Source of the DNA: Paraspadella gotoi
Lineage: Eukaryota; Animalia; Chaetognatha
NCBI GenBank assembly: GCA_051294375.1
Contig: CM119266.1
Location: 5,755,053-5,819,052 of the forward strand
Length of the DNA stretch: 64,000 bases
Direction of reading: 5' to 3'
In this document: positions 62,370 to 64,000 of the stretch, piece after piece
How positions within the stretch are numbered: position 1 is the first letter of the stretch
Layout of the letters: the number at the start of each line of letters is the position of its first letter
Program-made: the position numbers and the translations under genes
Notes under the pieces: model-generated
What the model was told of the DNA's origin: nothing
Database searches by the model: none
The model's input: only the letters and a program-made list of their open reading frames with translations

Positions 62370-63514
62370 TTGACCTCCATTAGCCGCGTCGTCCAAAGTC
62401 TTCGCCACCAAGAAATTCTTAAATCTTGTCAATCGACCAACTGCTTTAGATTTATCCTTCGTCCTCATCGTCATCTTCACTCCGCCGATTTTGACGCCCG
62501 TGTCCAGGGTCATTGACGAGGAAGACGTGTTGCTAAGCGACGGAGACGCGGGCGTCGTCGTCGAGGAACAAGGGACGAAGCAGGTTCGACGTTGAAGGAT
62601 GTCTCTCCATCCGTAAGGAGGGGAGAAACCCAACTGTTTAAATAAATAAATAATTAGATGACTATAATTATAGTAATTTGCTAATTTGGACAAACTCTAA
62701 CAAGATAATATTAACAAAGTAACTGAGTTTCCTATCAATAAAGTGGTATTTGTATTTGTAATTTGTATATATTGCTTCAACGAAAGTTTCAATTTGCAAT
62801 TGTATGAAAGAATCACTCCCTGAATTATTAGATCGGGGATATAATATATTATATATTATATATTATAATATTATATTATATTATAACATGCTTCGCACTA
62901 GTCTTCGGGGTTATTATGTGTGTTTTGAAAGGGGAAAGATTTAGCATGCTTATAGAACGAATTATTAACTTTTATGAAATTGGTACAATCAATATAAAAA
63001 TTATCCATTCATTCAATAAATAAGCTATCTTACCCCTGACTTTGGTTGTTTAAAGCCTCCATCACTCTTACAAGCTTTCAATCAAGACTCTCTCACAGTC
63101 TAGTTTATTCACTACCAGAGTACCTGGCTTCCCTATATAATATAAAATAATATAAATCCTAATTTTTGTATCAATTACATAAAAAAATCAAACAAAAAAA
63201 CCAATCAAATCAAAGGAGTAAACTGTTTCTCCCGATCGGCTTCACCTTGGAAGGAATCCTTCCTCTCTCCACGAAATACTTGAAGGCGGTCGAGGCGCAA
63301 GGGACGCCGGATGGAAATTTCGCCGCCAGAACCAACGCCATCATTTGCGGGAGATTTAAAAACGCCGGCGGCGCCGCTTCTCCCTTTGCCGGCGCCATTT
63401 TTCCCGCCCACGGCGCCGCCTCGTTTGTCGACGTCTTCGAGTTTATAATTTTCGACGCCGGATGGAATTTGAGGCTAAAGCGGCGTCGAGTGGGTTGAGT
63501 TTGAGGTGGCGTGG
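60257..63514 (-). CDS. FAM187A-like Ig-domain type I transmembrane protein, 3' portion (8 exons); 5' exons lie beyond the N gap
   Basis: Exons 63514-63246, 62633-62375, 62164-62079, 61799-61679, 61577-61427, 60968-60902, 60840-60738, 60384-60257 are phase-consistent. GVPCAS, DILQRRTCFVPC, LPCVGARLGEKVFWFNK and RVFIDTRGTLHLQHLVRGDAGVFKC parallel human FAM187A as recalled (VSCGS, [51 protein letters not shown]). A TM segment and a charged tail follow. Confidence 0.8.
60738..60840 (-). CDS. FAM187A-like juxtamembrane basic exon (VKHRQRQ...RRKRREEE)
   Basis: Follows a 61-nt intron; phase 0 to 1; fits the positive-inside rule; boundaries uncertain. Confidence 0.5.
60902..60968 (-). CDS. FAM187A-like transmembrane exon (RPYLSYLGLSFIANLIIFLSLMI)
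   Basis: CCCCAG acceptor phase 2, GTAAGT donor; hydrophobic ~20-mer. Confidence 0.78.
61427..61577 (-). CDS. FAM187A-like Ig exon, C-half (DxGxFxC)
   Basis: GRVFIDTRGTLHLQHLVRGDAGVFKCLDVFEKAVVVWTVVVVERPLPVEW; ACAG acceptor and GTGAGG donor, phase 1 to 2. Confidence 0.85.
61679..61799 (-). CDS. FAM187A-like Ig exon, N-half (B-strand Cys, C-strand Trp)
   Basis: RRLVKNESDPAALPCVGARLGEKVFWFNKSQAIEGRPTEE; CTCAG acceptor and GTAAGT donor. Confidence 0.82.
61935..62070. repeat. ~30-bp minisatellite (AACTGTAGATTCGCTGCCAAAA...), ~5 copies
   Basis: Visible tandem units inside an intron of the FAM187A-like gene. Confidence 0.8.
62079..62164 (-). CDS. FAM187A-like exon (GKVDDKSPHFNFKDFLISEGYLRPELTKK)
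   Basis: TTTTTAG acceptor, phase 1 to 0, bridges the flanking exon phases; weak donor GTTTTA. Confidence 0.6.
62375..62633 (-). CDS. FAM187A-like exon (LGFSPPYGWRDILQRRTCFVPC...)
   Basis: ACAG acceptor, phase 0 to 1; ORF 62289..62693; CxxPC motif. Confidence 0.7.
62967..63136 (+). mobile_element. Dispersed repeat, internally deleted copy (further fragment at 62729-62748)
   Basis: ATGAAATTGGTACAA.CAATATAAAAATTATCCAT...AAGCTATCTT...ACCTGGCTTCCCTAT matches copy A. Confidence 0.8.
63246..63514 (-). CDS. FAM187A-like exon (...LAAKFPSGVPCASTAFKYFVERGRIPSK)
   Basis: CACAG acceptor after a pyrimidine tract, GTGAAG donor, phase 1 to 0; ORF 63210..63398. Confidence 0.65.
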
Positions 63515-64000
63515 CTGTGAGATACGGAGAAAAAAAGAGAGAGATGAGTAAGAGAGAGAGAGACCGACCGACCGAGCGAACAATTTAAACGGCCGGCGAG
63601 NNNNNNNNNNNNNNNNNNNNNNNNNNNNNNNNNNNNNNNNNNNNNNNNNNNNNNNNNNNNNNNNNNNNNNNNNNNNNNNNNNNNNNNNNNNNNNNNNNNN
63701 NNNNNNNNNNNNNNNNNNNNNNNNNNNNNNNNNNNNNNNNNNNNNNNNNNNNNNNNNNNNNNNNNNNNNNNNNNNNNNNNNNNNNNNNNNNNNNNNNNNN
63801 NNNNNNNNNNNNNNNNNNNNNNNNNNNNNNNNNNNNNNNNNNNNNNNNNNNNNNNNNNNNNNNNNNNNNNNNNNNNNNNNNNNNNNNNNNNNNNNNNNNN
63901 NNNNNNNNNNNNNNNNNNNNNNNNNNNNNNNNNNNNNNNNNNNNNNNNNNNNNNNNNNNNNNNNNNNNNNNNNNNNNNNNNNNNNNNNNNGCTCTCCGCA

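Overview
Eukaryotic (bilaterian invertebrate) genomic DNA from a gapped, microsatellite-rich draft assembly. Nearly all ORFs in the supplied track are noise from (AG)n/(GAC)n repeats. Manual splicing recovers three intron-rich genes. (1) The 5' part of Sowah (sosondowah) on the minus strand, 9 exons from 11590 to 8568; its ankyrin exons are not in the window. (2) A complete Iroquois (Irx) TALE-homeobox gene on the plus strand, 9 exons from 17773 to 52115, about 704 aa, with homeodomain, IRO box and an IRX4-type LRNWV-GVFH motif. It lies head-to-head with Sowah, the known ancestral bilaterian Sowah-Irx genomic regulatory block. (3) The 3' part of a FAM187A-like Ig-domain type I membrane protein gene on the minus strand, 63514 to 60257, convergent with Irx. 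Five noisy inverted duplications (arms of ~7.2 kb, ~3.7 kb and three of ~0.2-0.3 kb) look like long-read gap-filling fold-back artefacts; the largest creates a false second homeobox. Also present: a ~220-bp dispersed repeat, two MITE-like elements and several candidate cis-regulatory islands. I found no wholly new system. The best leads are a +1/-1 frameshift pair across homeodomain helix 3 shared by both copies, a TAG that may be both stop codon and splice acceptor, a phased CCAAT triplet inside Irx, and a duplicated helical motif in Sowah. All homology calls are from recalled motifs, not database searches.
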